From the IMG/VR virus record IMGVR_UViG_3300047283_000052, positions 1 to 26,164 of that record: DNA of 26,164 nt; one strand, written 5' to 3'. The stretch's first letter is position 1. Every line of letters starts with the position of its first letter. The notes under the pieces were generated by a model. That model did not search any database. It was not told the DNA's origin and was given only the letters and a program-made list of their open reading frames with translations. Positions 25,771 to 26,164 of the stretch are shown one piece after another. Origin of the DNA: a virus (lineage: Duplodnaviria; Caudoviricetes). The translations under genes were made by a program, and so were the position numbers.

Positions 25771-26164
25771 TAGCGCCGCCCATCTGGTCGTGCATCAAGG
25801 CGCGGTGCGCCAAGCTGCCACTGGACCCCAAGGTTTTCTGACCTAATCTTAAACGCCATCTGACGGGCACGCGCCCGCATGAAGACCTGATCGGTATAGA
25901 CACCGACCGAAGTTTCTATAACACGCTGCGTATCAGCGGCGTCCGAACTGAATGTACTACCCGGGAAGTTGCGTGGGCGCACAGTCAGCGTGACTTCGGG
26001 AGATGCAGCGGTCGAACCCTCAAAGCCGACGTCAGGCAGTATACGCCGGGTGAGCATGAAGTTGTCACCGTCATCAAGGTCAAAGTCAGACGACTGGATG
26101 TAGCTGTCCATTGGATCAGTATCATCGTCGATACCGTCTTCGTGGTTGTAGATATATCCATCCC
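25770..26164 (-). CDS. C-terminal part of a P22 gp10-like tail / packaged-DNA stabilization protein (5' truncated)
   Basis: Frame stays open to the window edge (..YIYNHEDG..SYIQSSDFD..RRILPD..RARARQM..WQLGAPRLDARPDGRR); TAATG overlap with the next gene. Confidence 0.65.
   Translation of the reverse strand, partial: DGYIYNHEDGIDDDTDPMDSYIQSSDFDLDDGDNFMLTRRILPDVGFEGSTAASPEVTLTVRPRNFPGSTFSSDAADTQRVIETSVGVYTDQVFMRARARQMAFKIRSENLGVQWQLGAPRLDARPDGRR

Overview
A 26-kb piece of a tailed dsDNA phage, probably podovirus-like, with a likely alphaproteobacterial host. The + strand (1-13477) carries an early/replication arm: small accessory genes, a family A DNA polymerase (Leu762 type), a sigma70 region-4-like HTH protein followed directly by an RNA polymerase alpha-CTD-like protein, a SAM methyltransferase, a GcrA-like HTH, a GT-A glycosyltransferase, a PD-(D/E)XK nuclease, an HNH-like protein, an SNF2 helicase, a probable SSB, an XRE HTH and a primase-DUF927 helicase fusion. 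The - strand (13561-26164) carries a convergent virion arm: a gp10-like tail protein (truncated), a C1q-like tail protein and four internal/ejection proteins, including a 2233-aa polyvalent protein. The best candidate for an undescribed system is regulatory. About 72 nt between the two arms have their own promoter-like motif, which is shared with the ejection-gene operon, and their own intrinsic terminator. This element is complementary to the 5' leaders of two replication genes and to an extended AAGGAGCA ribosome-binding motif used by several early genes, so it looks like a late-expressed phage sRNA that shuts off early translation. Tandem mimics of host RNA polymerase domains (sigma4 and alpha-CTD) may drive or accompany this switch. 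All calls come from manual motif reading; no searches were run.
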